NCBI GenBank assembly: GCA_965240325.2
Contig: OZ251244.1
Span: forward strand, 186,001-250,000
Length of the DNA stretch: 64,000 bases
Direction: 5' to 3'
Source: Rebecca billardiae RCC1528
Lineage: Eukaryota > Protista > Haptophyta
Position 1 is the stretch's first letter; each line of letters begins with the position of its first letter. Positions 23,770 through 35,271 of this stretch are shown here, piece after piece. A program made the position numbers and the translations under genes. Below the pieces are notes generated by a model that searched no databases, was not told where the DNA came from, and saw only the letters and a program-made list of their open reading frames with translations.

Positions 23770-25272
23770 ATGCTGGGGCTGTTCACGGTCGCCGGGATGC
23801 CCAGGCAGGGTCCGAGCGCGAGCCTGCTCTGGCTCTTGGCGCTCACATCGGCGCATGCGCTGCGCCTCGCGCGCAAGTGCCCTACGATGAGCGAAGCCCA
23901 GCGCGAGCGTGCCTGGTCGAGCCCAGCCGGCATGCAGCCATGGGCGCTCGCACTCCACGGCCCGATGCTCGGCGCTGTCGTGCGCGAAAGCGATTATGCA
24001 TCCATCACACCGCTTAGCGAGGTGATCAAGATCGACGGCATCGCGGACGAGTCGTGCGCGACGCGTCCACACGAGGCCGTCGACGTGCTCCGTAGAGCCG
24101 CCGGCGCCGATCGGCTCGTGGCGCTCTCGTTCCATAATTGGCACGAGCCGGACAAGTTTGGGCACGTGTTCGGCCTCGTGTACAAGGTGTACTGCATCTT
24201 CCTGCGCGCACGGGCGCTCGAGCGCGCGCGCGCCGGGGCGGTGCCAAGCCCGCGCATCCGCGTATTCATCCCGGCGGGCGAGCAGCCGGGCTCGCACGCG
24301 TATGCTGAGATCGCCAGCCTGTTCAACTCCACAGCGGTGTTTGGCGCAGTCGTCGAGCGCGCGCCGTGGGTCCCGTTCTGCTCGCGCGGCTGCTGCGTGC
24401 AGCACGGTGGCGTGCCCGCCGAGCTCCGCGCGCGTGTGCACCTCATCACAGACATAATGGCGTCCAAGAGGCCCAGCGCGCCGCCGAGCTTCCGCGAGCA
24501 CGTGGTGAAGGCGCTCGGCGTGAGCCCGTGGGCTCGGCCTGACACCATCCTCTTCGTGAGGACGGAGCACTGGAGCAACGGCCGCCGGCTGCACAACGAG
24601 TCCGCGCTGGCGCGCGCGGTCGAAAGCTGGGCGGCGGCGACGCACCCAACGTACGCGTTCGTCGCGGTTGACGTGCAGCACCTTGGCTCGTTTGCCGCCG
24701 AGTCTCGGCTGTTCGCGCGCACCGCGCTGCTGATCAGCCTGTTCGGCAGCAGCCTGCACCTCTGCCGGCTGATGGCGCCCGGCTCGCTCGTCGTCGAGAT
24801 CCACGGCGCGCTGAACAACGACATGGCTGCGCACTGGCTCTACTACACTACCTGCGCGCTCGGCTCGGGCCTGCGCCACTTCCCATTGTTTGTCGAAGGC
24901 TCGGTGCCGCGCCGGAACACGAGCACGGGCCGAAAGCTACCGTGGTCGTACGATGATCCCAGCGACCGGCTCGCCGCGCGGGTGCCCGCGGAGCAGCTTC
25001 TGCGGCTGCTCGGCCTCATCTGGCCTGCCGCGCGGAACGATTCGGCACACGTGCGCTTGCCGGCGAGCCAGTGGAGGGCAGCCATCGACGAGTATCAGTT
25101 CAAGCTGCGAGACCACCCCGACCCGCGCCACGTGCCCGGCAGCAGGGACAAATATGCCAAGCGATGGATGCTGCCCTACGACCCCACGGCCCGACAGCGG
25201 CGGCTGCCCACGCAGTATACAGTCGACCCCCGCCACTCGGGCAGGCTCCAAGATCGACAGCAGCAGGAATAA
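23770..25272 (+). CDS. Glycosyltransferase family 61 (DUF563)-like, single exon
   Basis: N-terminal hydrophobic segment, FGHVF, ILFVR..GRRLHNE, LGSFAAESRLFARTALLISLFGSSLHLCRLMAPGSLVVEIHG, matching the GT61 C-terminal pattern. Confidence 0.7.
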   Translation: MLGLFTVAGMPRQGPSASLLWLLALTSAHALRLARKCPTMSEAQRERAWSSPAGMQPWALALHGPMLGAVVRESDYASITPLSEVIKIDGIADESCATRPHEAVDVLRRAAGADRLVALSFHNWHEPDKFGHVFGLVYKVYCIFLRARALERARAGAVPSPRIRVFIPAGEQPGSHAYAEIASLFNSTAVFGAVVERAPWVPFCSRGCCVQHGGVPAELRARVHLITDIMASKRPSAPPSFREHVVKALGVSPWARPDTILFVRTEHWSNGRRLHNESALARAVESWAAATHPTYAFVAVDVQHLGSFAAESRLFARTALLISLFGSSLHLCRLMAPGSLVVEIHGALNNDMAAHWLYYTTCALGSGLRHFPLFVEGSVPRRNTSTGRKLPWSYDDPSDRLAARVPAEQLLRLLGLIWPAARNDSAHVRLPASQWRAAIDEYQFKLRDHPDPRHVPGSRDKYAKRWMLPYDPTARQRRLPTQYTVDPRHSGRLQDRQQQE

Positions 25273-25611
25273 GCCTGGACGCCGCGCGACTACATCAGAG
25301 CCTGATGGTCTTTCATCGCGGTCCGCGAACCGCGATCCCGGGGCCGTCGACGGCGGCGTGCACGCGCCCGTCAGGCGGCCAGAGGCCTGTACACGACACG
25401 CTACTGGCACATAGCAGAAGCTGCTGCTGCTAGTGCTGCTGCTGCTACTAGCTGGTCGCGGACGAGATTTCTATAATATATAGTATATATATAATTATAT
25501 ATATATATTAATAAAGCTAGCAGTATATCAGCGCATCAGCAGTAACCTTCCATCTAAACCGTGAAGGTGGGCGGGATAACCGGAGTCAACCGAAGCTGGA
25601 GCCGTCGTAGA

Positions 25612-25835
25612 CTAGTCGGACCCGCCCGCCTCCATCGGCGGCGGCGGCGGCGGCGACGGGGCGGACGCGCGACGCATATGGCGGGCACTGCTCGCGCGGC
25701 TCACCGACTCGAGCTCGTCAGCGCCACCGTCGCTCTGCCGGCGCCCGAGCGCGGCGCGCAGCCGCTGATGTGAAGAAAGCGCGGCCGCGGCGGCCGCGCG
25801 CGTCATCCCGCGGCTCGAGCCTGACCGCCGCTCCC

Positions 25836-25917
<82 letters not shown>

Positions 25918-27405
25918 CAGACCGGCGCGGGCGGGCGCGGCACCAGCACCGCCGGCACCATCGGCCGGCTCGACGCAGCCCGCGCCTCGCCCCGCGCCGC
26001 CCTTCCCGCCGCGCGCGCCCAGCCGCACGCGCGGCCGCTGCGCGCACACCCAGCGCAGCACGTGCCCGTGCCCGCCCGCGCGCGCCGCCTCCCTGCACAC
26101 CTGCTTGATCCACGGACAGCCGTGGGTGCGCGCCCACACGAGCACGGGCAGGTGGCCGCCGAACGCGGCGGCGTAGCAGGTGGACTCGCCCCACGGGCAG
26201 CCGCGGTACCGCGCCCACACGAGCACGGGCAGGTGGCCCATCGCCGCGGCGGCCGCGCACGTGCGCTGGTCCCAGGGCGCGCCCGCCTCGGCGCGCGCCC
26301 ACTGCAGTACCTCGAGGCAGCCCGCGGCGGCGGCGGCGGCGGGCGTGCGCTCATCCATCGGCACGCGGCGCGCGTGGAGCGCGCGCAGCGCCTCGAGCTG
26401 CCCGCCCAGCGCCGCCGCCTCGCACGCGCCCTCGTCGTACGGACAGCCGTTCTCCAACGCCCACACCACCACAGCCACATGCCCCGTGTGTGCCGCGCCC
26501 GCAAGCGCGGCCGGATGCCACTCGGCGCCGTGCGCGCGCGCCCAGCGCAGCGTGCGGAGGTGGCCGCCGGTGGCGGCGGCGCGCGTGGTCTCCGCGTCCC
26601 ACGGGCACGGCGCCGCGCCCTCCCCGCCGTCCCCGCCCGCCCGCAGCCACGCCAGCACCTCCACGTGCCCGCCGCGCGCCGCCCACGAGCAAGCGCTTTC
26701 AGACCACGGCACGGCCGCGGCGCGCAGCGCGCGCAGCGTGTCGAGGTGGCCGCCGCGCGCGGCGGCGGCGCAGCAGCGCGCGTCCATCTGCGCGGCGTAC
26801 ATCTCGAGCGCGAATGCGACGACCGCCGCGTGCCCGCCACGCGCCGCCGACGCGCTCGTCAGCGCGTCCCACCGCGCGCCGTTGGCAGTCGCCCAGCGCA
26901 CGACCTCCACGTGGCCGCGCGCCGCCGCCTCGCGGCAGAGCGAGAGATCCCAGGGGCAGCCCTGGAGGCGCAGCCACTTGAGGAGGGCGAGCTCGCCCAC
27001 CGCGCCCGCGGCCGTCGTCACGCTCGCGTCCCACGGCACGAGCAGCTCCTCCAGCGCGCCGAGCACGTCGCGACGCCCGTGCGCGGCCGCGACGGCACAC
27101 AGGGCGGCCGTGCGCGGCGCGCCCGCCGCCCGCACCGCCCACACTGCGCGCGGCACCGACGCGACGGCGGCGCGCAGCCGCGTGCGCAGCCGAGGCGCAC
27201 GCGTACCCACCCTGCCACCCAGCGCGCTCACCGACGACGGGTCGACGGGCGGCGCCCGCCACCGCGCGAACACCGCCGCGGCGAGCGCGCGGCCGCTGAG
27301 CGCGAGCGCGAGCGCGTCGTCCTCGTCGACGGCGGCAAGGACGAGGCGGAGCTCCTGCTCGGGGAGCGCGCCGAGCAGCTGGAACGGCTCGTCGGCGGAC
27401 GCCAT
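25612..27405 (-). CDS. F-box-like + CPW-type ankyrin-repeat protein, single exon
   Basis: About 12 repeats of the form C..AA.GGHLEVL.WARA.GCPWD. N-terminal LGALPEQELRLVLAAV resembles an F-box. Poly-Gly tail. Confidence 0.85.
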
Positions 27406-28484
27406 CCGCCGCCGGACGCGTCGGGCGCGAGCCCGACCAAGACCGTGCGCACGCGCGCGCCACGCGGCCCGTCCACCCCGGGCGGGCGTGAGCCAATTTG
27501 CCGCTCGGACGCGCGCCCGTCCGCGTGGCGAGCTCGCGGAGTGATTGGGCTGTTGGCACACTTCTCGGACCGGACCGCATTATGGGTAGTACTGTATTAT
27601 GCACGGCTCCGGAGCGGGTACTCATTGCCGAGCCCGATTGGGTGTATTATATGGCTATATCTTATACAATAATCGCACCCGCGCGAATCGAATACGGTAT
27701 CGTGGCTAATGACTAAACTTATGCCCTACATCGGGCTACCGTACAATCATGCCATCAAATTACAGCCCCTTGTTTTCATCGAGATGATGATCGCCGGACG
27801 AGCAATTGGTTGATGATGACCGGATTGAGCCCGCAAGATTCCCTGGTATCGACGGCGGGCAATTTGTTTTGCACTCATCGCACAAACGATCGCAGTATGG
27901 GGGTCTGGGGGTTATTAGTCGCGGTCGTAGATGCTCTCAGATTCACACTCGAAGCATGCTCACAGGGGAATCTACTCCGCCGCACTTTGGGCGTTTGTGG
28001 TCCGACGGGGCAGAAGTGAGAGCCATCGGCTCAGGTGCAATCGCAGGCGAATCTGAAACATGTGCAGTCTGATGGGTCGTGACACTTGAGCAGTGCGCGC
28101 GCCGAGCCGACGAGACACGAGTGCGACGTACGTCACGGCCTGCCAAGTGCCACTAGACAGACCGGATTCGGGCGACGGCCCGAGCCGCCGCTCGGGCGCT
28201 GTGCCCGCCGCGTGAGAGTGGTGCAGTGACACGACCGCGGCGGCACTCGCGTCACCGTCCGCGGTTGTGGGCGGGCAGGACGGTGGCCACGCATGACGGC
28301 CGAGCGCGCATGGGCATGGACACAGCGCGCGCATCGGCCGCGCGGAATGAGGGAGGCATGGGCATGCTCCGTGGAGCCATCGCGGGCTCACGGCTGGGAA
28401 TGGGCTCGGCACTCGACAGGGGCCGCCAGCGCGGTGTGCGCGGCCGCCGGCGGCCGACGGCGGCGGCGGCGGCGCGCGCGCGCA

Positions 28485-29756
28485 TCAGGCGGGCTCGGTC
28501 GCGCGGTCCATGAGGAACGAGCCGAGCTCCGCCGCGGGCGCCTCGCTCAGCTTCGCCACCAGGTTGTCCAGCCCCCAGAGGAAGCCGTCCTCGCGTGAGC
28601 CAGTCCCTGGGCTCCACTCGGCCGTGCGGTGGTCGACGTCCGCGTCGGCCTCGACGACGTTGGTGAAGTCGATCCAGCGCACGTCCGCCGTCGCGAGCGC
28701 CGCCTCCTCGGAGGCGCCGTCGTACACGAAGAGCAGCGACGAGCTCACGCACTCGTGCCGCCTGAACCAGTCCGACGAGCGCAGCGCGTCGCGGAGCGCG
28801 CACAGCCGCGCGGCAAACGCGGCGCGCAGCCGTTCGCCGGTGGGCGGCGGCAGCGCGTCGAGGTACGCGCCGAGGACGCGGTCGAGCTGCGCGTCGCGCC
28901 GCACGGCGCGCGGGTTGGGCGGCAGCGCCGGCGCGTCCTCGTTCGGCTGCCGGTGCGGGCACAGGTGCACGCCGTCCACGCGGTACCCGTGTGAGTAGGA
29001 CGTCGAGTAGCAGTCACGAATGCGCATGTACCGCCGCTTGCTCACGCCGTGCGCGCGCTCGTCCGGCGTGGCCTCGCGCGGGGCGAACTCGAGGAGCTTG
29101 CGCAGCAGGTCTTGCCGCGGCTCGCCGTTGCCCGTCTCACTCTCCAGGTACGTGCGCGAGCCTGCACGCGCCGCCATCCCCGGCGCCGAGCGCTCACGCG
29201 CGCGCGTGAGCGGCGGGCGAGCGGGCGCGCGGGCGGGCGCGCGCGCGCGCGGTCGCGCGAGCAGCCGGGCCGCCGCGCAGCAGCGGCGGCGCGCACCCAT
29301 TTTCACATCCATCACGCACGGCGCGTGGCACTGCGCCGTCAGGTCCTCGATCGTCACCACCACGTCCGCCGCCTTGGCCTTCTTGGCGCCCGTCTCTGCG
29401 CGCGCGCGCTCGTCGACCGCCGCGACGGCAAACAGCTCTGGCAGGAACGGGCGGAGCCCGGGCTCGCTGGTGAGCTGTCGGTAGTTGTGCGCCTCGTTAT
29501 CGCAGGTGAGCTTCGTCAGCGCCCAGCGCCGCTGCCCGCTCACCGAGAGCAGCGTCGCGCGGAAGAGCTCCGTGTGCCCGGACGCGCACGGCGGCGACGA
29601 CTTGCGCCGCGCAGCCATGCGCCCGCCCTCGGGCACGGTGTCGGCGAGCTCGGCGGCGTCCGCTTCGGGCGACGCGTCGATGTAGCGCGTGGTGCCTGCC
29701 GGCATCCCCTGCACCGTCACGGGTCCGCCGTCCTGATTGTCCGCGGCGAGCACCAT
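28485..29756 (-). CDS. Inositol polyphosphate kinase (IP3K/IPK family)
   Basis: IEDLT..PCVMDVKM|GSRTY (PxxxDxKxG signature restored by removing intron 29162-29296), SSLLFVYD, VRWIDF, EDGFLWGLDNL. Confidence 0.92.
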   Translation of the reverse strand: MVLAADNQDGGPVTVQGMPAGTTRYIDASPEADAAELADTVPEGGRMAARRKSSPPCASGHTELFRATLLSVSGQRRWALTKLTCDNEAHNYRQLTSEPGLRPFLPELFAVAAVDERARAETGAKKAKAADVVVTIEDLTAQCHAPCVMDVKMGARRRCCAAARLLARPRARAPARAPARPPLTRARERSAPGMAARAGSRTYLESETGNGEPRQDLLRKLLEFAPREATPDERAHGVSKRRYMRIRDCYSTSYSHGYRVDGVHLCPHRQPNEDAPALPPNPRAVRRDAQLDRVLGAYLDALPPPTGERLRAAFAARLCALRDALRSSDWFRRHECVSSSLLFVYDGASEEAALATADVRWIDFTNVVEADADVDHRTAEWSPGTGSREDGFLWGLDNLVAKLSEAPAAELGSFLMDRATEPA

Positions 29757-31530
29757 CGCAGTGGCGCCTCGGCGCGTCGATGGACAAGGGCGGGCAGCAG
29801 GGGGGCGCCCGCGAGAATGTACTTGTGTACTCAGCGATCGGCGTGCCCGAGCGAGCGCAGGGGGCTGGGCGGCGGGCGGATCTATCATCGTCAAAGTCCG
29901 GACCCTAGCTCAGCCGTTGGGCTCAATAATGGGCAGTTGGGAGTTGATGGCCTTGATTATGAGGGCAAATAGGGCGAGCCCGTTCGGATGGAGATGAGCT
30001 GAGAGGGCCTTGAGTGCTATCTTGCATATATATGGGGGTATTCATCGAGTCCATCGCGTCTTCGTCAGCGCTGCTTATTAGATTTTCGAACCAGATGACG
30101 TCGGCCGTGGTCGGGCCAATCAACGACGGCCTCTAATTGAGCCCTGAGTACTCACACGTCGTTGAGCCCCCCGATCCCCATTCGTACCTTGAACGAACTT
30201 CGTATTAGATAGTCATCACTACGATTGGAAATCCCACGGCGGATCGATCCAAGACCTGTGCATCCCACTACGCACCCCGCTCCCGCATCTGACCGCCGTG
30301 GGCTGGGCCGCTGCGGGCGATCTCGCGGCGGGAGCGTCGTCGACTGGCATAGCCGGCAAGCTGGGCGCAAACGCGCGCAAGCTTCGGAGAATGGGATGAC
30401 GCAGGAGACGCGTGAGCACTGGCCAATCGCGCATGCTGCAGTGCGCGTCGAACGGTTACAACCTCAGGCAAATACCGCTGAACAGTGAACAACGCAGCCC
30501 CCGGGATGCGCGGGCCCCAGCTTGTGAGCCGGGTGTGATGTCGCAGCTCAGGGCGCCCACTCGTGGGGTTGGCACCTTTGCGTCCCTCGTGGCCGTTCGA
30601 GAGCCGGTTGAATCTGCTCACTGAGCCTTGCTCACAACCGACAGCCTCGGGCGCCGCAGGCCGGTTCGCGAGACGGCGACGCCCGAAGCCCAAAGGCACT
30701 CTGCCGGCGATCATCCTGCGGCCACCTTAAAGCATGGGCTAGACGCGCAGGCGCCCCCTGTATGCCAGTGCTTGCACCCCTGACGGCCGCTCCGTTCTTG
30801 CACCGCCCTTGCGCGGGATTCATGGCAGGCGGCGGGCCAGTGCGCTGTCTCAGAGTGCCTGAGCTGTGCAGTGCGTCTCTTCTTCTGAGACAACTGTATC
30901 CATGCAGTACGGAGTCGCAGGCGGGAGGGGTCTCGCCAGCGTATCGCAACCTCGTCAAACTACGGCACTGGCGTGTACGCGACCGCACGTACTCATTCGC
31001 CACCGCTGCAGGAGGCGGACGATAATCCGCGGGCGGGGTTCACAGCCAGCGGCCTTGGCCTGTGCGGAGCACTCAGCACCTGCCTTGTCCACGGGCAAGG
31101 TCCGCTTCTCGTCGATGAAAGGATGGCGCCGGCCCAGGGAGATCAAGCCGTCGGCCCGTCGCTGTCAACTGTTGCGCTGGTTGTATTCGGCGCGCGCACC
31201 GATCCACACGCGACGCCAGCTGGCCTGAGTGCCGCCTGCGGAGCTGTGAGTCTGGAGTCTGTGCGATTATTTTGCGAACCGCCGCCGGAAAACCGCAAGG
31301 GCCGTGAATCCCGTGATTCGCGGTCTTCAGCTCGGTGCGTCGTCCGCGGAACCTGCGCACCCACAACAAACCAGGGCGATGAAGGCCGCGACAACGACCT
31401 CTTGCCAAGGGCCGTATGGATACTCTTGCGCCTTGGCGCCTGGTGGAGCCCGAACGACTGCGGGAGCGCCACTCTTGATCAACTCAGCGGGGAGCCTCGG
31501 GAGCAGCGAGGGCGGGCGGCGCAGTAGGCG

Positions 31531-32456
31531 ATGCCGCTGCGCAGCCCGAGGGCGCCGCCGCGCGCGGACCTGTGGAGGCCCCCGGTGGCGGCGGCGCCGT
31601 CCTCGCCGCCTGCCGACGCGCCCCATGCCCCCGCCCACCCAGCCCCCCGGCCGGTCACGCACGCCCACCCGCCGCCCCCGCTCGGCAGCGGCGCGGCCAC
31701 GCTGCCCGCAGGCTTCAGCCTGCACGCCGTGCGCGCGGCGCACTGGCACGGGCGTGGCGGCGGCGGCGGCGCGGAGGACGCGCCCGGGCTCGGTGGCATG
31801 GACTCCCGTGCGACTCGCGCCTCAGCGTGCGGCGCCCCCGCCGTGCGCCCCGGCCTCGCCGGCGGCAGCGGCGGGTGTGACCACACGCTGCCCTCTGCGC
31901 GGCCGAGTCGGCCGGCGGGCGTGCCCGCGCCCGTCTCGGCGCCCTCGTCGCGCATCTCGCTCTCGCCGCTGGGCAGCGCGAGCCCGAGCCCGCGAGGCGC
32001 CGCCGGCGCGGCCCATGCGTCCCCGACGCCGCCGCCGCCGCTCGCCCTCGGCGCGGTGGGCGCCGAGGGACTGGAGCCGCGCGCCGCGGCCGCGGTGCCC
32101 GCCGCGTGGCAAGCGTTCGGCGGCGGCGGGAGCGGCGCGGCGCACGGCGGCAGCCCGAGGCGCTCTCCGACGTCGGGCATGGCGCTGCCCGGCGCGGTGA
32201 CCTCGGCGGACCGCGACTCCGCCGCGAACACGCGCCGAGCGCGCGCGTCGCGCACGCCGCCGCTCGGCAGGCTCGTGCGAGACGGCGGCGCGGCTGCGTC
32301 TGCGCGCGCGCCCAAGCTTGGCGCGGGCGGCGGCGGCGGTGCGGCGAGTGAGCGGGCGACGGGCGCGAGCCGCGGTGGCTGCTCGCCGCGCTCGCTCGAG
32401 GCTGCGGCGGCCGCCGCCGCGCGCGCCGTCGCTGAGGCGAGCGCGCGCCAGCAAGC

Positions 32457-32498
<42 letters not shown>

Positions 32499-32836
32499 AG
32501 GCGGTGGCAGCGGTGCGCGCGGCATGGGCGCGCGCGGCTGGGTGGCGCGGGACAGTGGTGGCAGCGGCGGTGCGCGCTATCGCGCTGCCGGCGCGCTGCG
32601 TCCGGAGGGCGCGTGCGGCGGCGACAGCTGGCTCGCGTCCATGGATGCTCATGGCTCCGCCTTAGCGCGCGGCGGCTGCGCGGCGCACGGCTGCGCGGAC
32701 CGGCGCTCGGCCTCCGACGGCCCCTCCGAGGGCAGCGCCAGCCCGAGCGGCAGCTTCAGCAGAGGCAGCAGCGCAGGGCCGGGCCGAGACGGCGCCGCCG
32801 CCGCCGCCTCGCGCGGCGCGGCCTCCACGGCGGACA

Positions 32837-32870
<34 letters not shown>

Positions 32871-33258
32871 GCCGCCAGGACAGCTGCGGGCGCTGCTGTG
32901 CCGCACTGGGAGCTCGGGCGTGCTGAGCGCGGGGGTGCTCTCCCTGGGCACGCCGCAGAGCCCGGGGGGCTCGGACGCGTCGGCGTACGCCTTCGACGCG
33001 ATCACGCCCATCGCGCCCGGCGCGTGCGCGGGCGGCGCGGGCGGCGCGCCGGCGGGCGGCGCCGACGGACGTCCAGCGCGCCTCTCGCCCACATCGATCT
33101 CGCCTCTGCACGGCGCGGCGCGGGCGCTGCGGCGCGCGCGGCTCTCGCCGCCGTCGCCGCCCGACGCGCGCGCCACGCCCCGGCTCGGCCCGCCGCTCGT
33201 GCCGCCCGGCGCCGCCGGCGCCGCCGGCAGCCTCGTCAGCACAGCATGGCGCGAGGCG

Positions 33259-33325
<67 letters not shown>

Positions 33326-33973
33326 TGTCCTCCGACCCGCTCGCGGCGGGTGTGCGCCTGCTGAGCACACACGCGCACTTCAGGGCGCTCTCGGACGCGC
33401 AGCTGGGCGCGTGCGTGCGCGGCGCGAGCACGCGCGCCGTCGGCCGCGGCGGTCTGCTCTGCGAGCACGGCGCGTCGCCAGCGCACGTGCTGCTGCTGCT
33501 GGCTGGGCGCGCGGCAGTGCAGCACGCGCTCAGCGGCGCGCTCGAGGTCGGGCCCGGGGCCGTGCTCGGCCTGGACTCGCTCAGCGCCGACGGCGCGCTG
33601 CCGCCGTCCGACGACGACGCGGAGGCCGACGCCGAGGCCGACGCGGAGGGCGGGGGCATCGGCCTGCGCCGCAGCACGCGCGGCAGTGCGGACGGTGGCG
33701 GCGGAGACACGGGCGGCGGTGTGGCGGGCGCGCGCCGACGGCGGCACGCGGCGGTCGGCGTCGAGCGGAGCGGCGCGCTGCCGCTGCTGTGCACGGCGCG
33801 CGCGCTCGAGCCGTGCCTCGCGCTGGCCATCCCGTCGGCGCGGCTGCGCAGCCTGCCTGCCGCCGAGCCCGCCGTGCGCGCGTGCGAGCGCGCGCGCGCG
33901 CTCGCCGCTCTGAGTTGCGCTTGCGCGGCGGAGGCGGAGGCGGCCGCGACGGCCGCAGAGCAAGGCAGCGCGC

Positions 33974-34010
<37 letters not shown>

Positions 34011-35271
34011 GGAGGGCGCGCACCGCGGCAGGCGCGGCTCGCGCGCGCCGGCGTCGCTGTTCCACCCGCTGAGCACCGCGCAGCGCGACGCCCTCGCCGC
34101 CGCCGTCGGCCTCGAGACCTTCGAAGCCGGCGAGCCGATCGCAGCGGGCGCGCGCGCGGCCGCGGGCGCGCCGAGGCTTCTGGCTGTTGTGCGCGGCACC
34201 GTGGGCGAGGCGGCGGCGGCGGCGGCGGCGGGCGGTGGCGCGGGCGCGGGCGCGGAGGGCGGCGTGGAGTGCGGCGGCGCGGGCGGCGCGCCCGCGCTGC
34301 CGCCCGCCCCGCCCTTCCTCCCCCTCTTCGGAGAGTTCGCTTTCTCGACTCAGCTGCGCGGCGCGCGCGCCGCGGCGGGCGGCGCGCCGCTGGGCGGCGG
34401 CCGCGGCACCGGGCAGGCCTCGGCCGCGGCGCCGCGCTCCGAGCCCGGCGGCGCGCCGTTCGCCGTCGCGCTCGGGCGGTGCTACGCGCTCAGCCTGCGG
34501 CCGGACGCGCTCGACGCGCTGCTCGAGCACCTCCCGGACTTCTCCGAGCGCCTCGCCACCAGCCTCGGCCTCTCGCGCCGCGCGGCCTCGGCGGCGGCCG
34601 CGGCGGCGGCCGCGGCGGCGGCCGCGGCGGCGGCCGCGGCGGCGCAGCGGGACGAGGGGGAGAAGCGCGCTGCTGTGGTCGCTGCCGCCGCCGCGGGCGC
34701 CGAGCAAGGGGGCGGGCGCGCGCGGACGCTCACGCGCGGCCACACGCTCCATGCTCTGCCGCCGCCCGCGCTGCCGCTCGCCCACGGCGCGGACGCCGGG
34801 CTGCCGCCGCAGCCGCCGCTCGCCGCGCCGCGCGCGCACGCGGCGCGGCGCGGCGCGCGCACGCCGCCCGCGGCCGCCGAGCGCGCGCGCGGCGTGGGCA
34901 GCGCGCGCGCGGAGGGCGGGGCACGGCCGCGCGCCGGCGGCGGCGGTGGAGACGGCGGCGGCGGCGACTCAGGCCACAGCGATGCCATCGCGCCTGGCTG
35001 CACCGACTCCGCCCTCACCGCCGCCGCGGCCGCGGAGGCAGGCCCCGCGCGCGCGGTCCAGACGGCGCCCGCAGCGCCCGCAGCCGCCAGCGGCCGTAGC
35101 CGCCGGCTCAGTCCCGGCCACGCGGGCAGCGGGGCGGCCGCGAGCGCGCAGCCGCCGGTGCCGCGGCGCGCGCGCGCGTATGGCGCACAGGCTACGCACG
35201 CGCCGCACGCCGACGCCGTCGAGATCGCCGAGATCGCGGACGTGGCTGACGTGGCCTTTGAGTTTGATTGA
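31531..35271 (+). CDS. Low-complexity protein with two degenerate cyclic-nucleotide-binding (cNMP) domains
   Basis: HFRALSDAQL..GGLLCEHG..VLLLLAGRAAV..GPGAVLG..TARALEPCLALAI and LFHPLSTAQRDAL..ETFEAGEPI..VVRGTV..FGEFAF..AVALGRCYALSL. Confidence 0.6.

Noticed and set aside
5173-29756. Functional inositide cluster (FYVE protein plus IPK)
   Set aside because: The genes are 18 kb apart with unrelated genes between, and they act on different molecules (PI3P versus soluble inositol phosphates).
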